In this document: positions 48,517 to 59,250 of the stretch, piece by piece | How the letters are laid out: each line of letters opens with the position of its first letter | Position numbering within the stretch: the stretch's first letter is position 1 | Assembly: GCA_964473025.1 (NCBI GenBank) | Contig: CAYYMZ010000001.1 | Location: 24,163 to 88,162, forward strand | Source: an uncultured Candidatus Saccharibacteria bacterium | GTDB lineage: Bacteria > Patescibacteriota > UBA1384 > DTJR01 | Length of the DNA: 64,000 nt | Direction of reading: 5' to 3' | Made by a program: the position numbers and the translations under genes | Notes under the pieces: model-generated | What the model was told of the DNA's origin: nothing | Databases searched by the model: none | Seen by the model: the letters and a program-made list of their open reading frames with translations, nothing else

Positions 48517-48546
48517 AAAAAAAGCGGCCCCCTGTGAGGGGGGCCG
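48517..48546 (-). terminator. rho-independent terminator (minus strand) ending GC-rich operon 50078-48582
   Basis: CGGCCCCC-tgtga-GGGGGCCG 8-bp GC stem with A7 on plus strand (T7 on minus). Confidence 0.7.
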
Positions 48547-48581
48547 TAGAGTCCGATCGTGCCCCTAGGGGGCGGTCGGAC

Positions 48582-49427
48582 CTATGAGATGCGGTCGAGG
48601 AAGTGGGGATCGTGGTCAAGGTGGTGCCTGATGGCGGCCGCGTCTGACTTGGAATGTGACGACACCGGAAGTGTCGGCCGCGCGAGCAGGTAGAGGACCC
48701 AGTAGGTGGCCGCGACGACGATGAGCTCGGCGGCAAGCCTGCCAATCATCATGGTGTCAGAACCAACGACCATGACTGACAGGGCTCCAAAAATCGGTGC
48801 CGCGGCTACTACTACTAACCCAAGGCCATATCGCGAGATCTTGTATGGCCTGTGTGCGATTGCGGCGCCTGTCATACCCCAGAACAGACAGCCGAACAGA
48901 GCAAGTGCAGGCCAGAGCAGGTAAACCAACGCGAAGATCTCCCCATTCAGATTCGCAAGATGGGGGAAGATTCTTTGTGCAAGGTAGTGAACCGCGAAGG
49001 AGCTGACAAACAGCGTCACCCATCCCACCGCAGTCAGGACCTTGATCAGCTTGAAACTGACCCGCTCGAGGTCGCCCTCGACGATGCGGATTGGGTCTGC
49101 CGTAGTGTGTAGGACCCAGGCACCAATCGCCGCGGCGCAGAACAGCCACCCGCTGATGGCATCCCAATAGACGCCTATGCAAACAGCCGCTATTGCCAGT
49201 ACTGCCAGCGTACTGATGCAAATCCCGTTGCCCGCCAGTTCGTGCTTCCCTGACTTGATCTCGAGTCCATTGAGGATGTAGGTAACGACGCGAAGGGGGA
49301 TCAGGCCAACCAGAATTCCGGTGGCCATGGCCCAAAGCGGCGGATGAGGCAGGCGAAACGCGGCGATTGAGACGTAGGCGATGGCCGCGTAAATCATCGC
49401 GTAAATCAGAAAACGCCTGAAACGCAT
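48582..49427 (-). CDS. hypothetical polytopic membrane protein (GC-rich islet)
   Basis: 281 aa, ~8 hydrophobic helices; ~58% GC. Confidence 0.5.
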   Translation of the reverse strand: MRFRRFLIYAMIYAAIAYVSIAAFRLPHPPLWAMATGILVGLIPLRVVTYILNGLEIKSGKHELAGNGICISTLAVLAIAAVCIGVYWDAISGWLFCAAAIGAWVLHTTADPIRIVEGDLERVSFKLIKVLTAVGWVTLFVSSFAVHYLAQRIFPHLANLNGEIFALVYLLWPALALFGCLFWGMTGAAIAHRPYKISRYGLGLVVVAAAPIFGALSVMVVGSDTMMIGRLAAELIVVAATYWVLYLLARPTLPVSSHSKSDAAAIRHHLDHDPHFLDRIS

Positions 49428-49445
49428 TGGTATTCCTCCTTTCGG

Positions 49446-49901
49446 TTACGGTCCTTGCCGATCAAGGACTTCGACGTCTTCAGGGCTGTAGACATCTTGC
49501 TCGGGAGAAACCGCAGGTTCTTCGGTGGTGGGTTTTGCCGCTTCGTCCCAGACGAGGCAACCGAGGATGGTTGCGACGATGGAGATGGATGGAATCAATG
49601 TCCAAGCAAGCCATGTTCTTCCCCCAGCAAGGCCGGCGACAAGCGTCTCAACGCCCAAGACCGCCACAATTGTTGCCACGGCAGCGACCCGGGCAGCATA
49701 CTCGTCGAATGTGCTAGAAGGATTGCTGGTCATCCAGAACCAGAGCCAAACGCAACCAGCCCCAATCAGCACCCCGACGGCGATTTTGCCTTCGATGGCA
49801 CCCGCTGCTCCACCGGCAATCCAGCAGAGGAGTCCTACTAAGTATGCGGCTAGTAGGCTTAGTATTGCTCCCTTTACGAACGGTTGAATCTTGTACCACA
49901 T
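49446..49901 (-). CDS. hypothetical membrane protein (GC-rich islet)
   Basis: 151 aa, 4 TM, acidic C-terminus. Confidence 0.45.
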   Translation of the reverse strand: MWYKIQPFVKGAILSLLAAYLVGLLCWIAGGAAGAIEGKIAVGVLIGAGCVWLWFWMTSNPSSTFDEYAARVAAVATIVAVLGVETLVAGLAGGRTWLAWTLIPSISIVATILGCLVWDEAAKPTTEEPAVSPEQDVYSPEDVEVLDRQGP

Positions 49902-49904
49902 GTC

Positions 49905-50078
49905 TTATTCCTCCCTTCGTTTGTTGAGCCAATAGCTATATGCCTTCTCTGCGCCCATAGCGAGAGCAACGATAGCTGCCAAAAGCAGCATGCTGCCTAT
50001 GATTGGCAGCCGGAAAAAGAAACCAACGACTCCCAAAACCTTCTCTAGTTTGGAGCCATCTTGCTCGTGGGCTGCCAT
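49905..50078 (-). CDS. small membrane protein
   Basis: SD AAGGAGG 5 nt upstream of ATG at 50078; one TM helix. Confidence 0.45.
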   Translation of the reverse strand: MAAHEQDGSKLEKVLGVVGFFFRLPIIGSMLLLAAIVALAMGAEKAYSYWLNKRREE

Positions 50079-50168
50079 CTCGTCCTCCTTTCGACTAAAC
50101 AAAATGTCAATGCACGACTAAGCCGCTTATCATACCAAGATTGTATGGAAAATCAATAGCTTAAGCAA

Positions 50169-50828
50169 ATGTGCTATATTCGGCTTATGCGTTATCGGCA
50201 AAAATATTTAAATCGGGCAAAAATTGCGGCGCGCGCTTTGAGCTTTGTGCCGTTTTTGCGCATGGCGGGATTAAACGGTTCGATGGTCAGAGGAGATGAT
50301 ACAAGAAAAAGCGATATTGATTTTTTATGCATTGCCAAAGCGGGGCGGTTATACACAGCAAGATTTTTTGCGACTTTGTATGTTGCCATAACGGGTTGGC
50401 GGCGGCATGGCAAACGGGTAGCGGGGCGTATTTGTTTAAACTGCTTTTTGTCTGACCGAAAGCCAGATATTACACCCAAAAATCCCAAGTCAAAAAAGAA
50501 AGTGGCTTGGGCGTATAAATACACGATTACATTAGTTCAAGATGGCAGGATTACCGAGAAGTTTTTTGAGACGAACGAATGGTTTGCAAATTATAAAGTC
50601 CCCGGTCAAAAATATAGCCACAAATTGCAGGAAGAGATTTTTAAGTTTTTCCCGATCAGGCGACGCAAGTTTAGCGAAAGATTGATAGAAGGAAAATTCG
50701 GCGATTGGATTGAGAGAAAATTGATGAAATATCAGGTTAAACGAATTCTACGCGGTAAAAATACGAATGATGAAACAGTAGCGACAAAATCAGAAATAAG
50801 ATTGCACCCGAGAAAAGTTTATAAATGA
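50169..50828 (+). CDS. nucleotidyltransferase-domain protein (Pol-beta superfamily)
   Basis: GSMVRGDDTRKSDIDFL motif (GS..D.D); 219 aa. Confidence 0.6.
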   Translation: MCYIRLMRYRQKYLNRAKIAARALSFVPFLRMAGLNGSMVRGDDTRKSDIDFLCIAKAGRLYTARFFATLYVAITGWRRHGKRVAGRICLNCFLSDRKPDITPKNPKSKKKVAWAYKYTITLVQDGRITEKFFETNEWFANYKVPGQKYSHKLQEEIFKFFPIRRRKFSERLIEGKFGDWIERKLMKYQVKRILRGKNTNDETVATKSEIRLHPRKVYK

Positions 50829-50856
50829 AAAGGGAGCCCCTGCGGGGGCTCCCTGA

Positions 50857-51087
50857 CTAACTTCGGCAGTCGGGGGCGGATCGCGCCTCGACAGAGTCGG
50901 AGACGACGACCACACTCACCTTGTTCGCCTTCGGGTCAAAGGGGAGGGGATGGGATTGCACAATCCTCCGGTCAGGGTTATGGGCCTTCCACAAAGCGAG
51001 GATCTTTTCCACTGCTCCCTGTATGTTCAAGGCGTGATGAGAGGCTGGGTCAACATCAGTGCTTACGGTTTCGATTTGCTGATCCAT
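50857..51087 (-). CDS. hypothetical protein (76 aa, GC-rich)
   Basis: ORF in GC-rich stretch, no motif. Confidence 0.35.
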   Translation of the reverse strand: MDQQIETVSTDVDPASHHALNIQGAVEKILALWKAHNPDRRIVQSHPLPFDPKANKVSVVVVSDSVEARSAPDCRS

Positions 51088-51143
51088 CTCGCACCTCCTG
51101 TGTGCTACCGAATGAATGTCTGACTACTGATCGGACACGATGC

Positions 51144-51683
51144 TTACATCATCGCGTCGTTCGGATCGCCTGCGAGCTGGGAAAGGTCGGCCACTAGCCC
51201 TTCTCTCCGCGGGTTCTTCGGCTCGAATAGCCCGACCGCATCGGAGCCGGCGACCAGTTCGCCGACTTTAGCAACATCGCCGTTGAGGGGGAACCCCCAC
51301 GGCGGTGGGAGAAAGTCCCCACCCCCGCAGATTTTGTTGCCCTTCTCGTCGTAGAGGAAGGTCTCTGCCGGGTGTGATGGTGTCGAGATGCGCCGGGCAA
51401 AGGAGGCGATTTCCTTGAGCTGCTCCACGGATCTCATCCGATCCACTTGCAGTAAGATTGCCATGGTGGCGATGAGGCCGGTTGCGACGAAGCACGCTCC
51501 TTGGACGACCCAGTAGAGATCGGCTAGCCCCGCGAAGAACAGTGTGAAGATTCCGACTGGCAAGAGAATCCAAAACAGCCGGCTTGCCAACCTTCCCATG
51601 CGAGCGTAATGGTTCCACCACGCCCGATAGTGGGTCTTACTGTAGTGCACGCCCCGATCTACTTCCTGCATTTCAGCAGCCAT
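51144..51683 (-). CDS. hypothetical membrane protein (179 aa, GC-rich)
   Basis: two TM helices then soluble domain. Confidence 0.45.
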   Translation of the reverse strand: MAAEMQEVDRGVHYSKTHYRAWWNHYARMGRLASRLFWILLPVGIFTLFFAGLADLYWVVQGACFVATGLIATMAILLQVDRMRSVEQLKEIASFARRISTPSHPAETFLYDEKGNKICGGGDFLPPPWGFPLNGDVAKVGELVAGSDAVGLFEPKNPRREGLVADLSQLAGDPNDAMM

Positions 51684-51801
51684 CCCGATCCCTCCCTATG
51701 TCAAGATTGCACGACTCTCAATTTCTTGAGTCCATAATGATATGTAATTTGAGGTAAGATGTCAACTGGAAAAGAGAAAAAATGCTTTGAGTAAAGTCAA
51801 C

Positions 51802-51830
51802 TTGACATTTTCTCTACTGTTGTGATAAAT
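51802..51830 (+). promoter_or_regulatory. sigma70-like promoter of groES-groEL
   Basis: TTGACA-17 nt-ATAAAT (extended TGtG upstream of -10); no CIRCE-like inverted repeat seen. Confidence 0.5.
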
Positions 51831-51904
51831 TTATTCTCCGGCGTCGAAAGGAACCCCCTTCCAATCAACGCCGGATTTAGAAAAAAATAATTGGAAGGTA
51901 GCTT

Positions 51905-53840
<1,936 letters not shown>

Positions 53841-53903
53841 TCGCAAGCGATTACAAAGTCAAAAGTCAGAACTAGAAAGTCAAAAATAAGGAGACGCAAA
53901 AAA

Positions 53904-53926
53904 GCGCCCGTCTGGGTGCTTTTTTG
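53904..53926 (+). terminator. rho-independent terminator after groEL
   Basis: GCGCCC-gtct-GGGTGC followed by TTTTTTG. Confidence 0.7.
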
Positions 53927-53939
53927 CTTGAGTTTAACT

Positions 53940-54750
53940 TCTAGTTTCTAAAATGGTCTGGACACCGGACGTGACGGGGATGTCGCGTCCGGTGTCCTTG
54001 GGGAGGAGGCCGTTCCTGCAGTCTGCAGTCAGGTTTGGCCTGGAACCGATGAACCCGAGCCAACAGGATTCATCGTCGCTGCCTCTTGGGAAGGCAGCAA
54101 AAATGGGCGAGCAGCAAGTTCCCCCCGGAAGCAAGCTGCTCGCACCGAGTCGGTTTTGGGGCAGCCAGGAGGGGTCGGGGCCCCTAACCGACATCTCAGA
54201 TGATGGCAGCCGGTGGCAAAACCGGATGATCAGATGATGGGATGATCGGAGATGGTTTGCCACCGGAGCGATACGGAGTTAGGAGGAAGATGGCCGGACC
54301 GGACAGGTAGGGATTTGGAAGCTCGGAGCCAAGAACTATCCTTTTACCCTTTTCGCCGCGGTGCGGCACCCTTGTCCGGTCCGGTGCGGTTGCCAGGGTT
54401 TCCCCCAGCGCCCTCGAGGAGGTTCAGGATTAGAAAGAAGTGCGACCGGATAAACCCCTGGTCTGGGTAGTCAATTTGTGAAACCCAGGGCGGTGTCCGC
54501 TCCCGTCAACCTCCAAGCTGCCATAGTCGTGAGGTGCCTAGAGATTGAGCGAACGCCGTTAACACAGGCCCTATCCGGAGGACCTCCGGTCCCCATAAAA
54601 CCGGAGATTTTGGGGCAGCCGGAGCTCTGGCCTTGATTCGCCTTGGCCCCGGAAATTTCAGTCGTTTCAGTGATCGTTCGCAAAGATGCGGATTAAGCGT
54701 AATTTATCATTTTCAACCCGATTTGTCAAGACAAAACAGGTCGGATTGGC
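53940..54750. other. GC-rich ORF-poor highly structured region (candidate ncRNA or decayed island DNA)
   Basis: no convincing ORF on either strand over ~800 nt; perfect 12-bp hairpin GGACACCGGACG/CGTCCGGTGTCC (53960-53996), 9-bp GCGAGCAGC/GCTGCTCGC (54106-54145), CCGGAGG/CCTCCGG. Confidence 0.3.
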
Positions 54751-54798
54751 AAAAAAAGAGCGCCCGGCCCCAGTTCTTGTAAACTGGGGCTGGGCGCT
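54751..54798 (-). terminator. rho-independent terminator (minus strand)
   Basis: 17-bp stem AGCGCCCGGCCCCAGTT/AACTGGGGCTGGGCGCT (one G-U) with T7 on minus strand. Confidence 0.7.
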
Positions 54799-54819
54799 GG
54801 GTATGACCGGTTGTAGCGG

Positions 54820-55113
54820 TCAGTGGCCGCTGGAGGTGGCCAGAAGCACGGAGCAGTTGGCGATGCAGTGACCGTTGATGATAACGGCACTGCAGCTGCA
54901 GCGACCTTCGCCGGCATTGTAGAGGCTGTCGTGGAGCGCAGTATCACCGCTGCGATAACGCTCACCGACGGTGGCCATCGAGACCAACTCGACATTGTGG
55001 CCATCGTCCTGCAGGCAGATGCCGAGGGCCGGTACGGTGGCGCCCTCCTCGTTGTAGCTATAGGCAGTCTGGTTGACGATGGCTGCTGTCGTTGTCGAAA
55101 GTCCGTTTTGCAC
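54820..55113 (-). CDS. small Cys/Ser-rich protein (97 aa)
   Basis: GTG start with SD AGGAGAG 8 nt upstream; terminator immediately downstream; C-terminal GRCSCSAVIINGHCIANCSVLLATSSGH. Confidence 0.55.
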   Translation of the reverse strand: MQNGLSTTTAAIVNQTAYSYNEEGATVPALGICLQDDGHNVELVSMATVGERYRSGDTALHDSLYNAGEGRCSCSAVIINGHCIANCSVLLATSSGH

Positions 55114-55137
55114 GAATAAATCTCTCCTGGTGTTAGA

Positions 55138-55608
55138 TTAACTGTCACAACCGCCGAGGCACTCGCCAGCGATGATCGGCAGACCGCACGTGGAGCAGAA
55201 CTTGACACCGAAACGCCTGAAGGCGCGGCGCATCACGTCGGTTCCATCGCGGATCAGCTCTCTCGCCCGTTCAGGCGAGATCAGCTCCACTTGCCCTTCC
55301 TCCAGTATCCGATCGTGCGTGCACGGCACTTCACTATCGTGCTTAGTGCAGACCATTCCGAAGACCGAGCAGAAGACGAGCTCCGGATCGGGCGGTGGTG
55401 GCTCTTCGGTCTTGACGTAGAGTTCCTCAACCTCGGCGGGCAGGGGACCGAACACGACGCTACAGTTCGGACATTGCTTCGTGTCTGGTGTGAGTGTGAA
55501 CAGGCAATTCTGGCAGATCCAGCTCCCATCGTCGAGATGACGCGGTGGTTGGATCTCAACGGGCGGTTTCACCTTAAGGGCGGTTGGTTTTCTCAGACGC
55601 CAAAGCAT
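55138..55608 (-). CDS. double zinc-ribbon hypothetical protein
   Basis: SD GGAGGG upstream of ATG 55608; CQNC..CPNC and CSTC..C..C motifs. Confidence 0.6.
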   Translation of the reverse strand: MLWRLRKPTALKVKPPVEIQPPRHLDDGSWICQNCLFTLTPDTKQCPNCSVVFGPLPAEVEELYVKTEEPPPPDPELVFCSVFGMVCTKHDSEVPCTHDRILEEGQVELISPERARELIRDGTDVMRRAFRRFGVKFCSTCGLPIIAGECLGGCDS

Positions 55609-55666
55609 GGCGATCCCTCCAAACAAATGTAGTGAACGTCTGAACTAGGATAATTCAGATCATACG

Positions 55667-55695
55667 ATTATAAACCTAATATAAAAAGAGGTCAA
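55667..55695 (-). promoter_or_regulatory. sigma70-type promoter of zinc-ribbon/Cys-peptide operon
   Basis: minus strand TTGACC-17 nt-TATAAT, ~55 nt upstream of start. Confidence 0.55.
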
Positions 55696-55726
55696 TATCA
55701 ATAATGGTTTTAAAAGTGAATCGAAA

Positions 55727-55957
55727 TTATTTCGGGATTTTTTGAATAAGGTCCCAGAGAGAAATACCCACTTGTTTGACGGCCGGATAGGCGGCGGGTA
55801 ATAATAGCAAAAATATTACAATCCAAATCAGATTTTTTCGTAAAAATTTAATCAGGGCAAAAACGAGAATAACGATAACAATAATCGAAAGAGGCAACCG
55901 GTAGGCCTCGGGGATAAGTTGCAACGCCTGATTATAATAATTAATTACTGTCTGCAT
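55727..55957 (-). CDS. small membrane protein (76 aa)
   Basis: two hydrophobic helices; no motif. Confidence 0.4.
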   Translation of the reverse strand: MQTVINYYNQALQLIPEAYRLPLSIIVIVILVFALIKFLRKNLIWIVIFLLLLPAAYPAVKQVGISLWDLIQKIPK

Positions 55958-56024
55958 AAGCTAATTATAAACCAAAAATCAAAATTACAAATGTCAATTG
56001 AAATCCAAAGCTCAAATCATCAAA

Positions 56025-56387
56025 TCATTTTTTTAGAATTGAAGAGAAGATGAGAAGCAATTCCTGCGATTCTCTCCATAACTTTCGGCATTCTTCTTTC
56101 TGCTTAGGATTTGCATCAGCCATGATTCTTAGCCAATATCTTGTTTCTTTTGCCTCCTTCTTACAGATTGATATTTTATGCTTAAAATCTTTCTTAGAAT
56201 TGCAAGCATCCGCTTCACAGTAGTTTGCTCCTATACTTGAAGAAGCTCTAACGAGCTGCGTGACAAGAGGTTTGTTGATCGAGTTAGCTGGTGTCTTCTT
56301 CAAAAGCCTAATAACATCGAGAGTAAAAGCAGTCGTTCTTTCTTCTAAATCATATTTTGGTTTATGATTTTGAGCTTTATTTGTCAT
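56025..56387 (-). CDS. four-helix-bundle protein (23S rRNA intervening-sequence protein family)
   Basis: LVTQLVRASSSIGANYCEA..KISICKKEAKETRYWL matches family consensus; start at internal Met MTNKAQ. Confidence 0.65.
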   Translation of the reverse strand: MTNKAQNHKPKYDLEERTTAFTLDVIRLLKKTPANSINKPLVTQLVRASSSIGANYCEADACNSKKDFKHKISICKKEAKETRYWLRIMADANPKQKEECRKLWRESQELLLIFSSILKK

Positions 56388-57321
56388 TTGGGCTTTCGGC
56401 TTTATCGTTTGCGGTTCTATTATGGAACCGCTTATGTATCTCGTGCAAATGCTTGTCGGTAACATGGGTATAAACTTGGGTGGTGGTGATCGAAGAGTGG
56501 CCTAATAAACTCTGCACAGAGCGTAAATCCGCTCCGGCGCGCAAAATATCAGTGGCAAATGAATGGCGCAAAACGTGCGGCGTAACTTGTTTGACGATAC
56601 CGGCGCGCCTGGCCGCTTCGGCTACAATGCGCTCGACCTGCCTTGAGGTTAACCGCCCGCCGGATTCAGAGAGTTCATTCGAACCCAAATCCTCGCCGTT
56701 GGGCTTTGAATCTTTAATAAATAACGCCTTGTCTTTGTCGTGGCGCGCTTTGAGATATTTTTCGACCCACTCCTTGGCTTCGTCAGAGAGAAAAACGACA
56801 CGGCGTTTGCCGCCTTTGCCGTCAACCGAAAATTCCTCGTGTCCCAGATTAACCTGATCGCGGTTTAGGCCGGTTAATTCCGAAACGCGTACGCCGGTGG
56901 AAAATAAAATTTCTAAAATCGCGCGGTTTCTAAGTTCCAAAATATTTTTTTCACCATATACATTGCGGATTCGCTCTAACTCTTGCGGTTCCAAAAAAGC
57001 AATTGCGCGCTCGGGAGTATCGGAGAGTTCAATTTTCTCGGGCGCAAGCGATTCAACATCTGTTTTTGATAAATATTTCAAAAAGCTCCGAATCGCAATC
57101 ATATAATAGTTCATCGTTTTGTTTGCAAGGCCTCGCCGGTGCAAGACGAGCCGCCACTTTTTGATGAGTTCAAGGTCTATTTTTTTCACCGAAACTATAC
57201 CCTGACTTTCGGCAAATTCGGCAAATTTACTAAGATATGAATCGTAGTTGCGGATTGTCAGCTGGGAGTGCCCGCGCTCGAGTTCAATATATTCTAAAAA
57301 TTCTCTAATTTGTTTTTCCAC
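56377..57321 (-). CDS. xerC: tyrosine recombinase XerC/XerD
   Basis: C-terminal catalytic HVLRHSFATD..LLGHSSITTTQVYTHV with Tyr; 314 aa. Confidence 0.85.
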   Translation of the reverse strand: MEKQIREFLEYIELERGHSQLTIRNYDSYLSKFAEFAESQGIVSVKKIDLELIKKWRLVLHRRGLANKTMNYYMIAIRSFLKYLSKTDVESLAPEKIELSDTPERAIAFLEPQELERIRNVYGEKNILELRNRAILEILFSTGVRVSELTGLNRDQVNLGHEEFSVDGKGGKRRVVFLSDEAKEWVEKYLKARHDKDKALFIKDSKPNGEDLGSNELSESGGRLTSRQVERIVAEAARRAGIVKQVTPHVLRHSFATDILRAGADLRSVQSLLGHSSITTTQVYTHVTDKHLHEIHKRFHNRTANDKAESPNDK

Positions 57322-57397
57322 AATTTTATTTTACGACATCGCCCGGAGATTGCAAAGTTATATTGCCATATCCTTCGAAATTGTTATACTTTTGACG

Positions 57398-57979
57398 ATG
57401 AATATTCTTAATTTCGACAATAATCTTTTGGTTTCGATAAATCACGCCTTGATCGGCCATTATTCTATCTTAGATTCAATCCTTGAGGCCATTGCCTCTT
57501 ATACCGTTTACGTTCTACCGGTTTTACTTTTGGCCCTCTGGTTTATTGCGCCAAAAAAAAGAGAAGCATTATTTTTGGCTTTTTTTGCCGCGTTTTTGGC
57601 TTGGCTTATAATCACCAAATTAATCGTGCCGAGCATCTGGCTTCGAGCCCGCCCTGACTTGGCGCTTTTGGGGGTAAAGGAAGTGATTTTTCACCGCCCG
57701 AGCTACTCATTTCCGTCCGATCATGCGACCCTTTTATTCGGCTTATCTTTCGGCCTTTTTGCTTTTGACTGGAAAAAGGCGGGTTGGTGGTTTCTGGCTT
57801 TCGCCATTGTAGTTTCTCTCGCCCGCGTTGCGGTCGGTGTTCATTTTCCGCTTGATATCTTGGGAGGTATCGCCTCCGCCGCGATCGGTGTTTGGATTGT
57901 TAATCTATTAAAAAAGCCGATTTTGGCGTATATTTATAAGCCAATCGTTTGGGTTTTGAAAAAAATAAAATTGGCATGA
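57398..57979 (+). CDS. PAP2-family phosphatase (undecaprenyl-diphosphatase/PgpB-like)
   Basis: PAP2 motifs SFPSDHAT and VAVGVHFPLDILGG; start at internal Met MNILNF. Confidence 0.7.
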   Translation: MNILNFDNNLLVSINHALIGHYSILDSILEAIASYTVYVLPVLLLALWFIAPKKREALFLAFFAAFLAWLIITKLIVPSIWLRARPDLALLGVKEVIFHRPSYSFPSDHATLLFGLSFGLFAFDWKKAGWWFLAFAIVVSLARVAVGVHFPLDILGGIASAAIGVWIVNLLKKPILAYIYKPIVWVLKKIKLA

Positions 57980-58611
57980 AAAGAATATTTAAAGTTGAAC
58001 ATACGGGTTGGCTGGGGGCTTCCTCGGAGATTATTTCCTGGCTGTTTTCTCCACCTTTGGTCGGCACAGTTTTCTTTATTTTTCTGGTTTTTTGGTATTC
58101 GGCCGATTTTTCACAGGGCTTGCGCTGGATAGTGGCTATCTCTCCGTTTTTGATTTTTATTCCCCTTATATATTTTGCCGTTTCGGTTAAATTTGGCTGG
58201 ATTTCCGACATCGATCTAACCAAAAGAGAGGAACGCCCTGCCTTTCTGCTTGTATTTTCTCTCTCCCTAGCCATAGCTGCCTTAGTTTTGTATTTGCTTG
58301 ATGTCCCGAATAAATTTTTAGTTTATGTTTTGTCCGGCTTGGTAACGACAGTTTTGGCCTCAATCATCACTTTATATTGGAAAATCAGCTTCCACACCGC
58401 TATCACATCGGGCGTTGTAACAGCCATAAATATCTTGGGTGGTCCGCAGTTCTGGCCGCTGTTTCTTCTTTTAATACCGATTGGAATCGCCCGCGTCGTG
58501 CTCAAGCGCCACACCGTTTGGCAGGTAATCGGCGGAGCAATCATTGCCTTTTTGGCAACTTGGATTGTCTTTAATCTTTTTGGCTACCCGTTCTGGGGGA
58601 ACACCCTATGA
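57976..58611 (+). CDS. polytopic membrane protein, distant PAP2-like
   Basis: ATGA overlap with previous gene; 6 TM; degenerate FHTA and KRHTVWQVIGG motifs. Confidence 0.4.
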   Translation: MKRIFKVEHTGWLGASSEIISWLFSPPLVGTVFFIFLVFWYSADFSQGLRWIVAISPFLIFIPLIYFAVSVKFGWISDIDLTKREERPAFLLVFSLSLAIAALVLYLLDVPNKFLVYVLSGLVTTVLASIITLYWKISFHTAITSGVVTAINILGGPQFWPLFLLLIPIGIARVVLKRHTVWQVIGGAIIAFLATWIVFNLFGYPFWGNTL

Positions 58612-59228
58612 TCGGCGATATCCTATCGGTTCTCAGTAATTTTATTATCAACACCATCAGCTCGATGGGGTATTGGGGGGTGGTGGCATTAATGGCGATT
58701 GAATCGGCTAATATTCCACTTCCTTCCGAAGTGATCATGCCGTTTTCGGGCTATCTCGTGTCGGTAGGACGCTTTTCACTCTGGGGAATTGCCTTGGCGG
58801 GCGGTTTCGGCTGTTTGGTCGGATCGCTTTTTTCCTATTGGATCGGCGCCATCGGCGGCCGGCCGTTAATTGAAAAATATGGCAAATATATCCTGATCTC
58901 GCATCACGATTTAAATTTGACGGACAAATGGTTTAAAAGATGGGGAGATGCCACGGTTTTTGTCGGACGGCTTTTGCCAGTGGTTCGAACTTTTATCTCC
59001 TTTCCCGCCGGAATTGCACGCACCAATCTTTTGACCTTTTCTATATATACATTCGTCGGCTCCGTCATTTGGTCATATTTTCTAGGTTGGGTCGGATTCA
59101 AACTCGGCCAAAATTGGAATACCTTAAAAGGTTATTTTCACGGCGCCGACATTATTATCGGAATTTTAATTTTATTAGGTTTGGCTTGGTGGATCTATCG
59201 CCATATCAAGCACTCTCGGACTCCATAG
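58608..59228 (+). CDS. dedA: DedA-family membrane protein
   Basis: GYWGVVALMAIESANIPLPSEVIMPFSGYL and GRLLPVVRTFISFPAG conserved DedA motifs. Confidence 0.8.
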   Translation: MIGDILSVLSNFIINTISSMGYWGVVALMAIESANIPLPSEVIMPFSGYLVSVGRFSLWGIALAGGFGCLVGSLFSYWIGAIGGRPLIEKYGKYILISHHDLNLTDKWFKRWGDATVFVGRLLPVVRTFISFPAGIARTNLLTFSIYTFVGSVIWSYFLGWVGFKLGQNWNTLKGYFHGADIIIGILILLGLAWWIYRHIKHSRTP

Positions 59229-59250
59229 GCCTTCGTGCTATAATCAAAGT

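Noticed and set aside
48757-49335. 192-aa ORF antisense to membrane protein gene in GC-rich islet
   Set aside because: Arg/Gly-rich low-complexity product typical of wrong-frame GC-rich translation
53940-54750. RNase P RNA or tmRNA identity for the structured region
   Set aside because: Searched by eye for P4 motifs (GGAAAGTCCGG / ACAGAANCCGGCTTA) and tmRNA T-loop/tag-ORF motifs on both strands; none found
54726-55208. 160-aa Ser/Ala/Pro-rich ORF and 98-aa plus-strand ORF (54823-55119) overlapping the Cys-rich peptide gene
   Set aside because: Low-complexity composition, no SD; the opposite-strand 54820-55113 ORF has SD, operon context and a terminator
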